DNA from: Alphaproteobacteria bacterium
GTDB lineage: Bacteria > Pseudomonadota > Alphaproteobacteria > JAXMDU01
NCBI GenBank assembly: GCA_046348645.1
Contig: JAXMDU010000007.1
Span: 6,727 to 70,726 of the forward strand
Direction: 5' to 3'
Length of the DNA stretch: 64,000 nucleotides
The position numbers and the translations under genes are program-made. The notes beneath the pieces are model-generated. The model was not told where the DNA came from. It saw nothing but the letters and a program-made list of their open reading frames with translations, and ran no database searches. Within the stretch, counting starts at the first letter, position 1, and each line of letters begins with the position of its first letter. Shown piece by piece: positions 1-10,347 of the stretch.

Positions 1-843
1 GGTGAATGTCCGGTAATCACCGACCTCGGTTTCGTTGAGCGAGAAATAGGGCGGCGCCGTGTCGGCCGTAACGGGCAGGCCCTGGGCCTTGGCGCGGCGG
101 ATGATGTCGGCCCCCGCCGCGGTCGAGACATGGGCGGCGTGATAGCGTGCCCCGGTCAGGGCGACAAGCCGCATGTCCCGCTCGATCATGACGGCTTCTG
201 CCGCCGCCGGGATGCCCGGCAGCCCGAGCCGCGTCGAAATCTCGCCTTCGTTCATCACCCCGCCGGCGGTCAGTTCCGGCTCTTCGGGGTGCTGGACGAT
301 GACGCGGTCGAATCCCTTTGCATAGGCCAGGGCCTGACGCATGATCCGGGCATTGACCACGGCGTTCGCGCCATCGGTGAAGCCGACTGCGCCAGCCGAG
401 GCCAGCAGGCCAAGCTCGGCCAGTTCCTTTCCGGCCAGGCCCTTGGTGATCGCGCCATAGGGGAAAACCTTGACGAGGCCGGCCTTTCGCGCCCGCCTGG
501 CCACGAATTCGACCATCGCCGCGCTGTCGATGACGGGCGTGAGATCGGGCAGGCACACCAGCGAGGTGATGCCACCTGCAACCGCGGCGATGGCATCGCC
601 GTGATCCTTGCCGAAATCGGCCAGATGGACGCGCATGTCGACAAGTCCGGGGCCCAGGCAGTGGCCGCCGCAGTCGTGCACGTCGATGCCCTGGGGCACC
701 CCGTCACTGAACAGGCTGGGCCCGAAATCGGCGATTGCCTCGTCCTCGATCAGCAGCGCGCCCGGCGCATCCAGGCCCGTCGCCGGATCCAGCAGGCGCG
801 CATTGACATAGGCGACCCGGCGCCGGCCGCGCTCAACGCTCAT
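1..843 (-). CDS. pyrC: Dihydroorotase-like amidohydrolase (PyrC'), 3'-truncated by the window edge
   Basis: Absent from the ORF track because it runs off the window. Reverse translation from the ATG at 841-843 gives [41 protein letters not shown]..., a dihydroorotase-type N-terminus. The start overlaps the pyrB stop (ATGA), the usual pyrB-pyrC' coupling. Confidence 0.75.
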   Translation of the reverse strand, partial: MSVERGRRRVAYVNARLLDPATGLDAPGALLIEDEAIADFGPSLFSDGVPQGIDVHDCGGHCLGPGLVDMRVHLADFGKDHGDAIAAVAGGITSLVCLPDLTPVIDSAAMVEFVARRARKAGLVKVFPYGAITKGLAGKELAELGLLASAGAVGFTDGANAVVNARIMRQALAYAKGFDRVIVQHPEEPELTAGGVMNEGEISTRLGLPGIPAAAEAVMIERDMRLVALTGARYHAAHVSTAAGADIIRRAKAQGLPVTADTAPPYFSLNETEVGDYRTFT

Positions 844-1805
844 AGTGCGCTCCGTTCCGCATCGAGATTGCGCGCCAGGACCTCGATGCACGCCATGCGG
901 ACCGCCACGCCCATCTCGACCTGTTCCCGGATCAGGCTTCGGGCGGGATCGTCGGCGATGGCGCTGTCGATTTCGATGCCGCGATTCATCGGCCCCGGAT
1001 GCATCACCAGGGCGTCGGGGTTGGCATAGGCAAGCTTGACCGCGTCCAGTCCCCAGAAGCGGTAGAACTCGTGCACCGACGGAATGGGCGAGCCGCGCAT
1101 GCGCTCCATCTGCAGGCGCAGCATCATCACGATGTCGCAGTCCTTGAGCCCCTCCTTCATATCGTGGAACACGCTGACGCCCAGCTTTTCGATGGCGGGC
1201 GGCAGAAGCGTGAGCGGGGCGATCAACCGGACCTCGGCGCCAAGCTTGGTCAGCAGGTGAATGTTCGATCGGGCGACCCGGCTGTGTGCCACGTCGCCGC
1301 AAATGGCGACGCGCAATCCGGCGATCTGGCCTTTGCGTCGCTGGATGGCCAGCGCGTCGAGCAGCGCCTGGGTCGGATGCTCGTGGCTGCCATCGCCGCC
1401 ATTGACGACGGCGCAGCCGACCTTTTCCGACAGCAGTTTCACAGCCCCGCTCGAGGCATGGCGGACGACCAGGATCTCGGGCCGCATGGCGTTCAAGGTG
1501 GCGGCGGTATCGAGCAGCGTTTCGCCCTTGCGGGTCGAACTGGTGTCGACCGACATGTTGACGACCTCGGCGCCAAGGCGAAGCGCGGCGATCTCGAAGG
1601 ATGTTCGGGTTCGGGTCGAATTCTCGAAAAACAGATTGATCAGGGTCTTGCCGGTCAGCGCGTCAAGGCTGCGGCGGGGACGGCGGTTGTGTTCGACGTA
1701 GCCGTCCGCCCGGTCCAGCAGATAGCTGATTTCATCAGCCGAGAGTCCCTCGATTCCCAATAGATGCCGGTGCGGAAATCGGATGTTGAGAACGGGGGAG
1801 ACCAT
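840..1805 (-). CDS. pyrB: Aspartate carbamoyltransferase catalytic subunit
   Basis: 321-aa ORF with the STRTR and HPTQ carbamoyl-phosphate/aspartate-binding motifs and the full ATCase fold length. Confidence 0.95.
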   Translation of the reverse strand: MVSPVLNIRFPHRHLLGIEGLSADEISYLLDRADGYVEHNRRPRRSLDALTGKTLINLFFENSTRTRTSFEIAALRLGAEVVNMSVDTSSTRKGETLLDTAATLNAMRPEILVVRHASSGAVKLLSEKVGCAVVNGGDGSHEHPTQALLDALAIQRRKGQIAGLRVAICGDVAHSRVARSNIHLLTKLGAEVRLIAPLTLLPPAIEKLGVSVFHDMKEGLKDCDIVMMLRLQMERMRGSPIPSVHEFYRFWGLDAVKLAYANPDALVMHPGPMNRGIEIDSAIADDPARSLIREQVEMGVAVRMACIEVLARNLDAERSAL

Positions 1806-1893
1806 TGACGCGCTTATACGCTTGGCTGCGCGCCGGGCGCAACCCGGCGCCGTGCATTAACGGAACCTTGAAGCTTTTATAGAACCATAATCA

Positions 1894-1909
1894 TAGATCA
1901 AATGATCTA
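1894..1909. promoter_or_regulatory. Inverted repeat TAGATCA-AA-TGATCTA in the AT-rich divergent pyrB / sensor-kinase intergenic region
   Basis: 7-2-7 inverted repeat inside a locally AT-rich stretch between divergent gene starts at 1805 and 1937. Confidence 0.35.
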
Positions 1910-1936
1910 ATATCCGCCAGCCCGAAAGGCGAGCCA

Positions 1937-4900
1937 ATGCTGACGCAAACTGTGATTGGAAGCCAGGTTGGGGCGGAAAACCAGGCTGGGATGGACCGTC
2001 AGGCGCCGGCCGACCGTCGGGCACGGGATCAAGACACGCGATGGTTCCCGGCCAGGGGACGAGGGCTGATTCTGGCCGGTGCTGCCCTGGGCGCCGGGCT
2101 GGTGGTCGGGTTTGTCCATCTGGGACTTCCTTTGGCCGGGGGCGATTTTCTTCAGCTTTTCGCCAATGGCCATCAGACCAGTGTCCTGGTCTTCGCCGCT
2201 CAGGCTCTGGCGGCGGCCCTTGCCGTCGGCCGGTTCACGACTACTGGCAATCAGGCGTTTCTGGTCATGGCTGCCGCTTTCGCCGGCAGCGCCGTGACCG
2301 AGGCCTTGGTTCGGGTGGCGGGGGTGGCGATCGCAGCGGCGCGCCCCGAATGGCTTGGTCCCAACGCCCGCCTGGCCGCCCACTTTTTCCTGGCGACCAG
2401 TCTATTGTTCATGGTCCTGATCATGGGGTCGCGATTCGGGGGGCCGCTATTTAGGCGCTGGCGGCTGGGTCTGACGCCGGGACGGGTCGTTCTTGCCGCC
2501 GCCGGCCTGTCGGCGGTGCTTGCCGCGTGGGCCGTGGCCGACGCGTCCGATCTTGTCTCGGCCCCTGTGCGCGATGCTGCGGGCCGGGGCCTGGCCGCCA
2601 TGTCGGCGATTGCCATGACGGCTGCCCTGGTCATCCACCTGGTTAACGGCGGCTGGAGACACCGCGACTCTGATTTCTGGCTCGCCCTTGCCCTGGTGAT
2701 CTGGGTGGCCGGAAGCGCGGTCGATTTCCGGCTGTTCCCTGCCGATCAGGATGGCGTTCGCTTTGCGCTGGCCCAGGTCGTGGCCCAGGTCGCGACCCAG
2801 GTCGCGAACGGCGCCGGCACGCTCATGGTGTCGGTCGGGCTGTTGATCGCCATCCATCACCTGTTCACCCAGGCTGCCCGAACCGCCGACCGAATTCGCG
2901 GCATCTTCGAGACGGCTGTCGATGGCATCTTCACCATCGACGAACGCGGCCGGATTGAAAGCCTGAACCGCGCCGCCGAGGCCATGTTCAAGGTCGAGGC
3001 GTGCCTTGCGATCGGCCGGCCGCTTGCCGATTTCGTCGATCTGCCGGATGACACAAGCCTGTCCTCCGCGACCGCGGAACCGGGACATCAAGGCGCCCGC
3101 GATCATGGCCGCGCATGGCGCAGCGACCGATCCACCTTTCCCGCCGAGATTGCCCTGTCCGGGTTCACGATCCAGGGCGAACCGCACCGCACGGTCGTCG
3201 TGCGCGACATCACCGAGCGGCGAACATTCGAAGCCATGCGCCGCAGCCGCAACCAGGAACTGCAGGAATTTCTGGATGCGATGAGCACGCTGTCCGCCAA
3301 ACTAAGCCGCGATGGCCTGGTCGAGACCTGCAATCAGAAGGCCGTTCAAGCCTCTGGCTTGCCGCTTTCTTTCATCCGCGGGCGCCCGATCTGGGCCGCG
3401 CCCTTCTTCAATGGTGCGCCGCGATGCGCCGTTCGCCTGCGCCGGGCCGTTCGCGCGGCCGCGCGCGGCATCGATGCCGACTATGAGGATGTCATCCTGA
3501 TCCGGGGGCGTGAACCGCTCGATGTCCGCATTGTCGTCAGGCCGGTTCACGACCGCGGTGGCGAGGTCAAGTACATCATTGCCGAGGCCACCGACGTGTC
3601 CCGTCTTGCCCAGGTCGAACAGGCTTTGCGCCGGGCCCGTGATTCAGCGCTCGACGCGGCGCGGGTGAAAAGCGAATTCCTGGCCATGATGAGCCACGAG
3701 CTTCGCACGCCGCTCAATGGCGTGCTCGGCATTGCAAGCCTGCTGCTCGAAACGCGACTGGACGAGGAACAGCGGGAATATGTCGGCCTGATCGAGCATA
3801 GTGCGCGCGGCCTGCTCGACATTTTCAACGATATTCTCGACTTCTCGAAGGCCGAGGCCGGCAAGCTTGAAATCGTCGAAGAGGACTTTGATCTGATCCA
3901 GTTGATCGATGGGGTCGTTGACCTTGTCGCACATCAGGCGCGCGAGCGTGATCTGGATATCGGCACCCTGATTCCCCATGACATCGTAACCGCGCTGCGG
4001 GGCGATGCGGGGCGGCTGCGCCAGGTGCTTCTCAACCTCGTCAGCAATGCGGTCAAGTTCACCGAGCTGGGCGCGATTTCCATCGAGGCGCGGATCGAAT
4101 CCAAGGCTGCGGACGCCGTGGTGGTGCACTTCGAAGTGACGGATACCGGCATTGGCATCGCTCCCGAGGACCAGTCCCGGCTGTTCGCCGGTTTTTCGCA
4201 GGTCGACACATCCTCGGCGCGGCGATTTGGCGGAACAGGGCTGGGCTTGGCGGTCAGCAAGAAGCTGATCGAGCTGATGGGAGGCACGATCGGCGTCGAG
4301 AGCGAGCTTGGTGGTGGCAGCCGCTTCTGGTTCAGCCTGCCTCTTCGCAGGCAGGACCACCCAACGATCGCCGGAAAGGTCGCCGTGGCGGTCCCCAACC
4401 TGGAGGGCTGGCGCGTGCTGGTTGTCGATGACCGCGAGCTTGACCAGCGGATCTTCCAGGTTCAGATCCAGCGTCTGGGTGCCCAGGTGGTCGCGGCTGC
4501 AAGCGGCCCCGATGGGGTCGCCGAATTGAAGCGCGCCGCCGGTGCCGGCAGCCCCTATGACCTTGCCATCGTCGACCACCATATGCCGGGCATGGACGGA
4601 TTCGGGTTCGGCGAATGCCTGGCCGGCGATCCTGCCTTGGCGGGCTTGCCACGCTTGATGGTGTCATCGGGGCCGCTGCGCGGAGACGCGGACCGGGCGA
4701 TGACGCTTGGTTACCTCAGGTTCCTGGCCAAGCCGATCCATCGTCAAAGGCTTTTCGAAACCTTGAACGAAGTCCTGCGTCACGGCAAATCCGCCGCTGC
4801 AACCAACACGCCCCAGCCGGAAAAACCGGTCGTCGAGGCAATCGCCAATGCGCCGGCCGGCGACGCGATGCGGATCCTGATCGCCGAAGACAACGAAGTG

Positions 4901-5263
4901 AACCAGTTGCTTCTTCTCGCGTTTCTCAAGGCCGGCGGGTACGAGGCCGATGTCGCCGTCAACGGACGCGAGGCCGTCGCGGCCATCGCGGCGCGCCCCT
5001 ATGCCCTGGTGCTGATGGACGTTCAGATGCCGGTCATGGACGGCATCGAGGCGACGGCGGCCATTCGCGCCTTGGACTCGCCGGCGAAGGACGTGCCGAT
5101 CATCGCCGCCACGGCAAGCAACGCGCCGGGCGATCGCGACCTGTTCCTGGCCAGTGGCATGGATGACTTTCTGCCGAAACCGATCCGGCGGGATTCCTTG
5201 CTTCGCATGGTCGAGAAATGGTGGCCCAAAGGAACTGCGGCCAAGCGTGTGGCAGCCGGCTAA
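1937..5263 (+). CDS. Hybrid sensor histidine kinase / response regulator with a multi-pass membrane sensor domain
   Basis: 1108 aa. About 8 hydrophobic helices in the first ~290 aa, then PAS-like regions, the HisKA H-box (MMSHELRTPLNGVLG), a HATPase_c G-box (GTGLGLAVS) and two C-terminal receiver domains with the conserved Asp (VVDD..., IAEDN...). The start is uncertain; a GAAAGG RBS precedes the ATG at 1937. Confidence 0.85.
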   Translation: MLTQTVIGSQVGAENQAGMDRQAPADRRARDQDTRWFPARGRGLILAGAALGAGLVVGFVHLGLPLAGGDFLQLFANGHQTSVLVFAAQALAAALAVGRFTTTGNQAFLVMAAAFAGSAVTEALVRVAGVAIAAARPEWLGPNARLAAHFFLATSLLFMVLIMGSRFGGPLFRRWRLGLTPGRVVLAAAGLSAVLAAWAVADASDLVSAPVRDAAGRGLAAMSAIAMTAALVIHLVNGGWRHRDSDFWLALALVIWVAGSAVDFRLFPADQDGVRFALAQVVAQVATQVANGAGTLMVSVGLLIAIHHLFTQAARTADRIRGIFETAVDGIFTIDERGRIESLNRAAEAMFKVEACLAIGRPLADFVDLPDDTSLSSATAEPGHQGARDHGRAWRSDRSTFPAEIALSGFTIQGEPHRTVVVRDITERRTFEAMRRSRNQELQEFLDAMSTLSAKLSRDGLVETCNQKAVQASGLPLSFIRGRPIWAAPFFNGAPRCAVRLRRAVRAAARGIDADYEDVILIRGREPLDVRIVVRPVHDRGGEVKYIIAEATDVSRLAQVEQALRRARDSALDAARVKSEFLAMMSHELRTPLNGVLGIASLLLETRLDEEQREYVGLIEHSARGLLDIFNDILDFSKAEAGKLEIVEEDFDLIQLIDGVVDLVAHQARERDLDIGTLIPHDIVTALRGDAGRLRQVLLNLVSNAVKFTELGAISIEARIESKAADAVVVHFEVTDTGIGIAPEDQSRLFAGFSQVDTSSARRFGGTGLGLAVSKKLIELMGGTIGVESELGGGSRFWFSLPLRRQDHPTIAGKVAVAVPNLEGWRVLVVDDRELDQRIFQVQIQRLGAQVVAAASGPDGVAELKRAAGAGSPYDLAIVDHHMPGMDGFGFGECLAGDPALAGLPRLMVSSGPLRGDADRAMTLGYLRFLAKPIHRQRLFETLNEVLRHGKSAAATNTPQPEKPVVEAIANAPAGDAMRILIAEDNEVNQLLLLAFLKAGGYEADVAVNGREAVAAIAARPYALVLMDVQMPVMDGIEATAAIRALDSPAKDVPIIAATASNAPGDRDLFLASGMDDFLPKPIRRDSLLRMVEKWWPKGTAAKRVAAG

Positions 5264-5751
5264 TTCCGACGGGCCGGGGATCGTGGCTGCATGCGCAGAA
5301 AATCGAGAACGCCTTGCAGGATATAGGCGGCGGCGGCGCGGTCGACCACCTTTTGGCGCTGGCGGCGTGACAGGTCGGCTTCAAGCAGCGTCCGTGTGAC
5401 GGCCGCGGTCGAAAGCCGTTCATCCCAAAGCGCGATCGGAAGACTGGGAAATGCGCGATCGAGCACGCCTGCGAACTGGCGCACATAACGCGCCATCGGG
5501 CCCTCGGTGCCATCCATGTTGATCGGCAGGCCAAGAACGATCCCGCCGACCGAACGCTCGTCGATGATGCGGCGCAGTTGGGCAAGATCGGCGGTAAGCT
5601 TTGTCCGCACCAGGGAAACCAGTGGCGAGGCGAGCACAAGGCTTTCATCGGCGATCGCGATGCCAAGCGTTTTGCGGCCGACATCAAGGCCCAGCAGCGA
5701 TGATCGCGGCTTCAGTGACGATAAAAGGTCGGCAGGGTTGCAGAGGGGCAT
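5260..5751 (-). CDS. ruvX: Holliday-junction resolvase-like protein RuvX/YqgF
   Basis: LLGLDVGRKTLGIAIAD N-terminal motif and the YqgF/RNase H-like fold length. A start at 5751 (MPLCNPADLL...) gives a typical ~163 aa; the ORF extends to 5793. The stop overlaps the kinase stop by 4 bp (convergent). Confidence 0.8.
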   Translation of the reverse strand: MPLCNPADLLSSLKPRSSLLGLDVGRKTLGIAIADESLVLASPLVSLVRTKLTADLAQLRRIIDERSVGGIVLGLPINMDGTEGPMARYVRQFAGVLDRAFPSLPIALWDERLSTAAVTRTLLEADLSRRQRQKVVDRAAAAYILQGVLDFLRMQPRSPARRN

Positions 5752-5840
5752 GGCCGATGCTAGCTTGCGGCCCGCCGCAATGCGACAAGCCATTGTAATT
5801 CCAAACGTTGTTGCCGTATCCGTGAGGAGACCCTAGCACC

Positions 5841-6128
5841 ATGGCGCTTGATCGGGCTACGGTCGCGAAGGTCGCGACGCTGGCGCGCATCCGTCTCGAA
5901 GAGGCCGAGCTTGAGCCGATGGCGGCCGAGCTTTCGAAAATCCTGACCTTTGTCGAACAGCTCGATCGGGTCGATACGACCGGCGTCGAGCCGATGACGA
6001 GCGTCGTCCAGATGGATCTGCCGCAGCGCGCCGATGTGGTGACTGATGGCGGCTATCAGGAAAAGGTGCTGGCCAACGGGCCGCGCGTCGAAAACGGCTT
6101 CTTTGCCGTACCGAAAGTCGTCGAATGA
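5841..6128 (+). CDS. gatC: Asp-tRNA(Asn)/Glu-tRNA(Gln) amidotransferase subunit C
   Basis: 95 aa, GAGGAG RBS, characteristic GatC sequence ([27 protein letters not shown]). Overlaps the gatA start. Confidence 0.9.
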   Translation: MALDRATVAKVATLARIRLEEAELEPMAAELSKILTFVEQLDRVDTTGVEPMTSVVQMDLPQRADVVTDGGYQEKVLANGPRVENGFFAVPKVVE

Positions 6129-7609
6129 CCGACCTGACCCGGCTTAGCATTGCCGAAGCGCGTCAGCGCCTGGATCGGCGGGAAATCTCGGCGCGTGAGC
6201 TGGTTGATGCGCATCTCGACGCCCTCGACTCGGCCCGGGCGCTCAATGCCTTTCTGATCGAGACGCCGGACCGCGCCCGCGCCGGTGCGGATCGCGCCGA
6301 CCAGCGGCTGAAGAATGGAACGGCAGGGCTGCTCGAGGGCATTCCGCTTGCCATCAAGGATCTGTTCTGTACCGAAGGCGTTGAAACGACTGCCGGGTCG
6401 CGGATTCTTGCTGGGTTCGTGCCGCCCTACGAATCGACCGTGACGGCCAATCTGTTCCGGTCCGGCGCAGTGATGTTGGGCAAGGCCAGCCTGGACGAGT
6501 TCGCCATGGGCTCGTCCAACGAGACCGCCGCCAAGGGACCGGTCGTCAATCCCTGGCGCCGCAAGGGCGACAACCGCCCCCTGGTTCCCGGCGGATCGTC
6601 GGGCGGGTCGGCGGCCCTGGTTGCTGCACGGGCCGCGATGGGGGCGACCGGTACGGACACGGGTGGTTCGATCCGCCAGCCAGCCGCGTTTTGTGGCATC
6701 GTCGGGCTGAAGCCCACCTATGGTCGCTGTTCACGCTGGGGGATCATCGCGTTCGCGTCGTCGTTGGACCAGGCGGGACCGATGGCCCGCACGGTCCGCG
6801 ATGCGGCCCTGCTGCTTGCGGCGATGGCCGGGCATGATCCAAAGGATTCGACCTCGGCACCCCAGTCGGTTCCCGATTTCGTGGCCGCGCTGGATCGGCC
6901 GATCCGTGGGCTCAGGGTTGGGATCCCGCGGGAATACCGGATGGATGGCATGGACCCCCAGATTGCCGCGCTCTGGGAAGCGGGGGCGCGCTGGTTCCGC
7001 GAGGCCGGCGCCGAGATCCGCGAGATCAGCCTGCCTCACACGACCTATGCGCTTCCCACTTATTATATTGTCGCGCCGGCCGAGGCGTCGTCGAACCTCG
7101 CTCGCTATGACGGTGTCCGGTACGGCCAGCGGGTCGATGCCGACAGCCTGGCCGACATGTATGAACGCACACGCCGCGCCGGTTTCGGGGCCGAGGTCCG
7201 CCGTCGCATCCTGATCGGAACCTATGTCCTTTCAGCCGGCTATTACGATGCCTATTACCTGAAGTCCCAGCGGGTTCGCGCCTTGATCGCCCGGGACTTC
7301 ACGCGCGCGTTTCAGGATGTGGACGTGATCCTGACACCGACCGCGCCCACATCCGCCTTTGCCATGGGCGAGAAATCCGACGATCCCATCGCCATGTACC
7401 TGAACGACGTGTTCACCGTGCCGGCCAGCCTGGCCGGCCTGCCGGCCATATCGGTTCCGGCTGGCCTGTCGGGCGACGGTCTGCCCCTCGGTCTGCAGCT
7501 GATCGGACGCCCCTTCGATGAAGAGACGGTCATCCAGGCGGCAGGCCATGTCGAGCAGACGGCGGGTTTCACGGCACTGCCGGCCTTTCTGACCGGAGAA
7601 CGGCCATGA
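6125..7609 (+). CDS. gatA: Glu-tRNA(Gln)/Asp-tRNA(Asn) amidotransferase subunit A (amidase family)
   Basis: 494 aa with the amidase signature [17 protein letters not shown] overlap with gatC, 4-bp overlap with gatB. Confidence 0.95.
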   Translation: MTDLTRLSIAEARQRLDRREISARELVDAHLDALDSARALNAFLIETPDRARAGADRADQRLKNGTAGLLEGIPLAIKDLFCTEGVETTAGSRILAGFVPPYESTVTANLFRSGAVMLGKASLDEFAMGSSNETAAKGPVVNPWRRKGDNRPLVPGGSSGGSAALVAARAAMGATGTDTGGSIRQPAAFCGIVGLKPTYGRCSRWGIIAFASSLDQAGPMARTVRDAALLLAAMAGHDPKDSTSAPQSVPDFVAALDRPIRGLRVGIPREYRMDGMDPQIAALWEAGARWFREAGAEIREISLPHTTYALPTYYIVAPAEASSNLARYDGVRYGQRVDADSLADMYERTRRAGFGAEVRRRILIGTYVLSAGYYDAYYLKSQRVRALIARDFTRAFQDVDVILTPTAPTSAFAMGEKSDDPIAMYLNDVFTVPASLAGLPAISVPAGLSGDGLPLGLQLIGRPFDEETVIQAAGHVEQTAGFTALPAFLTGERP

Positions 7610-9057
7610 GCCTTGTCCAGGGCGAAACCGGAGCGTGGGAAATCGTGCTCGGGCTTGAGGTGCACGCCCAGATCACGTCCAAGGCCAAGCTGTTCTCGGG
7701 CGCCGCCACCGCCTTCGGTGCCGAACCGAACAGTCAGGTCTCGTTCGTGGATGCGGCGATGCCCGGCATGCTGCCGGTCATCAATGCCTATTGTGTCGAA
7801 CAGGCGGTGCGCACCGGTCTTGGCCTTGGTGCCGAGATCAACCTGGTATCGGTGTTTGACCGCAAGAACTATTTCTATCCGGATCTGCCGCCTGGCTATC
7901 AGATTTCCCAATACACGCGGCCCGTGGTGGGGCGCGGCCAGATCGAAATCGACCTCGCGGACGGATCGACGCGCACGGTTGGCATCACCCGGCTTCATCT
8001 TGAGCAGGACGCGGGCAAAAGCCTGCACGATCAGGACCCAGCCTTTACCTATGTCGATCTCAACCGCGCCGGCGTCGGATTGATGGAGATCGTGTCCGAG
8101 CCCGACATGCGGAGCGCGGAAGAGGCGGGCGCCTATGTGCGCAAGCTGCGCTCGATCCTTCGCTATCTCGGCAGTTGCGACGGCAACATGGAGGAAGGGT
8201 CGCTGCGCTGCGATGTGAACGTCTCGGTGCGCCGGCCGGGCGGTGCCCTGGGAACGCGGTGCGAGATCAAGAACGTGAACTCGATCCGCTTCCTTCAGCA
8301 GGCGATCGAATACGAAGCGCGGCGGCAAATCGAGATTCTGGAATCGGGCGGCACAATCAGCCAGGAAACGCGGCTTTTCGATTCAAGCAAGGGCGAGACC
8401 CGCTCGATGCGCAGCAAGGAAGAGGCGCATGACTATCGCTACTTTCCGGATCCCGATCTGTTGCCGCTCCGCCTCGATCCGGCCTGGGTCGATGCCTTGC
8501 GCAAGGACTTGCCCGAGCTGCCGGATGCGAAGCGTCGCCGCTTCATCGCAACCCATGGCCTGAGCCCCGACGAGGCCGCCGTTCTGGTGACCGAACGCGC
8601 GACCGCAGACTATTTCGAGCGCGTCGCCAAGGGACGTGATGCCAAGCTGGCGGCCAGCTGGGTCATCTCTGAACTGTTCGGGCGCTTGAACCGGGCCGGG
8701 CTGGTGATCGAGGGCTCGCCGGTCGCGGCCGATGCGCTGGGCGAGCTGATCGACCTGATCGCCGACGGGACGATTTCGGGACGGATCGCCAAGGACGTGT
8801 TCAACGTCATGTTCGAGACGGGCGAACGCGCCGGGGCGATTGTCGAGAAGAAAGGGCTGCGCCAGATTTCTGATACCGGCGCGATCGAAGCGGCCATCGC
8901 CCGCATCGTTGCCGACAATCCGGGCCAGGTTGCCCAGTTCCGGGGCGGCAACGACAAGGTGATGGGCTGGTTTGTCGGCCAGGTGATGAAAGCCACCGGC
9001 GGCAAGGCCAACCCGAAACTGGTCAACGACATCCTGCGTCGCCTGCTTGCCCAATAG
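7606..9057 (+). CDS. gatB: Asp-tRNA(Asn)/Glu-tRNA(Gln) amidotransferase subunit B
   Basis: 483 aa with GatB/YqeY domain architecture; third gene of the gatCAB operon. Confidence 0.95.
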   Translation: MSLVQGETGAWEIVLGLEVHAQITSKAKLFSGAATAFGAEPNSQVSFVDAAMPGMLPVINAYCVEQAVRTGLGLGAEINLVSVFDRKNYFYPDLPPGYQISQYTRPVVGRGQIEIDLADGSTRTVGITRLHLEQDAGKSLHDQDPAFTYVDLNRAGVGLMEIVSEPDMRSAEEAGAYVRKLRSILRYLGSCDGNMEEGSLRCDVNVSVRRPGGALGTRCEIKNVNSIRFLQQAIEYEARRQIEILESGGTISQETRLFDSSKGETRSMRSKEEAHDYRYFPDPDLLPLRLDPAWVDALRKDLPELPDAKRRRFIATHGLSPDEAAVLVTERATADYFERVAKGRDAKLAASWVISELFGRLNRAGLVIEGSPVAADALGELIDLIADGTISGRIAKDVFNVMFETGERAGAIVEKKGLRQISDTGAIEAAIARIVADNPGQVAQFRGGNDKVMGWFVGQVMKATGGKANPKLVNDILRRLLAQ

Positions 9058-9098
9058 CGCGGATGCGCGCTCAGGTCCGCAGGCGAGACTGGACCCGC

Positions 9099-9180
9099 CT
9101 TGGCCTGATCCGTCTGGCCTGATCCGCCTGGCCTGATCCGCCTGGGCTGATCCGCCTGGGCTTGATCCGCCTAGGCTTAG
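9099..9180. repeat. Tandem repeat of a ~14-bp unit TGGCCTGATCCGCC, 5 good copies plus 1 degenerate
   Basis: Direct head-to-tail copies at 9101-9171 (tggcctgatccgtc / tggcctgatccgcc x2 / tgggctgatccgcc / tgggcttgatccgcc) immediately 3' of gatB. No spacers, so not CRISPR. Confidence 0.85.
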
Positions 9181-9482
9181 CGCGCGTGGGCCAGCGCCGC
9201 CAGGTGCGGGGGTGGCGCGGTTGGCGGCGCAATCGCCGTGACCGGGTCCGTGGATCGCGTCATCATCGGCTCGGTGACGCTCTCGGCGACGCTCGAGGCG
9301 ACGCTCGAAGCGATTCTGGCCGCTCCCTGCGGCTTCCGTCCAAGCATCGATTGCAGTTCGCGCAGGGCCGCCTGAAGCGCTTTGAACTCGCGCGCATCTT
9401 CGCGGTCGCTGACTTCAAGATAGCCGAGCTTGATTTCGACCAGATCAACCAGCATCTCGGCAGAACGCTTTGAAAGCGACAT
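9177..9482 (-). CDS. Hypothetical small protein (~101 aa), helical N-terminus with an Ala/Ser/Val-rich repetitive C-terminus
   Basis: ORF with GGAGG RBS 5 nt upstream of ATG (MSLSKRSAEMLVDLVEIKLGYLEVSDREDAREFKALQAALRELQ...). The C-terminal ASSVASSVAESV repeat is encoded by direct DNA repeats. Its 3' end runs into the tandem repeat array. Confidence 0.5.
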   Translation of the reverse strand: MSLSKRSAEMLVDLVEIKLGYLEVSDREDAREFKALQAALRELQSMLGRKPQGAARIASSVASSVAESVTEPMMTRSTDPVTAIAPPTAPPPHLAALAHAR

Positions 9483-9662
9483 GATGGCCTCCATGGCAGT
9501 GTCGCACGAGCCATCAGCTTGGCGCCGCTAATCTTAAAGATCGATAAAAACAGGGCGGCCGATTGCATGGGATTCGAGCGATATTTAAGGGCGCGGCAAC
9601 AAAGCCCATGAGAGCCTTGGCCGGTGTCTGCCAGGCAGGCGGCATCAGGAAAGGGGCCGGGC

Positions 9663-9899
9663 ATGGGCGAAAGCTTGAAGATGTCCATTTCGGGGGGTGC
9701 GCAGGGCCGCGCGCCGGGGGCGCCCCTCGCCCATGATATTGGCGTCAGGCCATTCGATGCGGTGGAAGCCTGGAGCAGGTTCGTTGCCGCGCGCGACCGG
9801 TATCACAGCCTGGCGACCGACCCCAAGGCCGACCCGGCCGCCCTTGCGGCGGCCCGCGCGGCCATCCAGGAGGCCTATCTGTCCTGGAGCTCGCACTGA
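9663..9899 (+). CDS. Hypothetical small protein (~78 aa)
   Basis: ORF with an AAAGGGG RBS-like sequence before the ATG (MGESLKMSISGG...). Divergent from the 9177-9482 gene. No recognisable domain. Confidence 0.4.
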   Translation: MGESLKMSISGGAQGRAPGAPLAHDIGVRPFDAVEAWSRFVAARDRYHSLATDPKADPAALAAARAAIQEAYLSWSSH

Positions 9900-9971
9900 T
9901 CCATCAGGCCGCTGATCCATCGGGCCCACGGCCGCTCACACGACCGCTCACACGAGCGCTCACACGACCGC
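9896..9971. repeat. Two adjacent short tandem repeats: CTGATCCATC(A/G)GGCC(G/C) x2 and (C/G)CGCTCACACGA x3.4
   Basis: Seen directly at 9896-9927 (16-bp unit x2) and 9931-9971 (12-bp unit x3.4). They share the CTGATCC core with the 9.1-kb array. Confidence 0.8.
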
Positions 9972-10133
9972 TTTTGTCAGACCTTTGATCGCCGCCAGCC
10001 GGTGGCCTTGCGTCACGGCTTGAAATGCCGGCGGCGATCTGTCACATAGCCCCGTGGCGTGCGCGAAATCCGGCCGGCTGCCGCGGGCCGTTTCGACGCC
10101 AAGCGATGGGGCAACCCATTGACTGGATTGGTG

Positions 10134-10227
<94 letters not shown>

Positions 10228-10347
10228 CCATCATCTTAACGCCCTGTTTTTCAATCACTTAGACCCATTTTTGTCTAATCGGTCGTGCCAGGGGTATCAC
10301 GGCCCATGACCGAAGCCCCATCGCTGTGCCCTGCTGGCGCAACCGGA

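Noticed and set aside
130-1029. 299-aa plus-strand ORF
   Set aside because: Antisense to the well-supported pyrC'/pyrB genes, Arg/Gly/Ala-rich with no domain. A typical spurious ORF in high-GC DNA.
7312-8328. 338-aa minus-strand ORF
   Set aside because: Lies entirely antisense within gatA/gatB and has low-complexity composition.
9099-9180. Possible CRISPR array, because of regularly repeated 14-bp units
   Set aside because: Units are directly tandem with no spacers, are only 14 bp long, and no cas genes are nearby. This is a simple tandem repeat.
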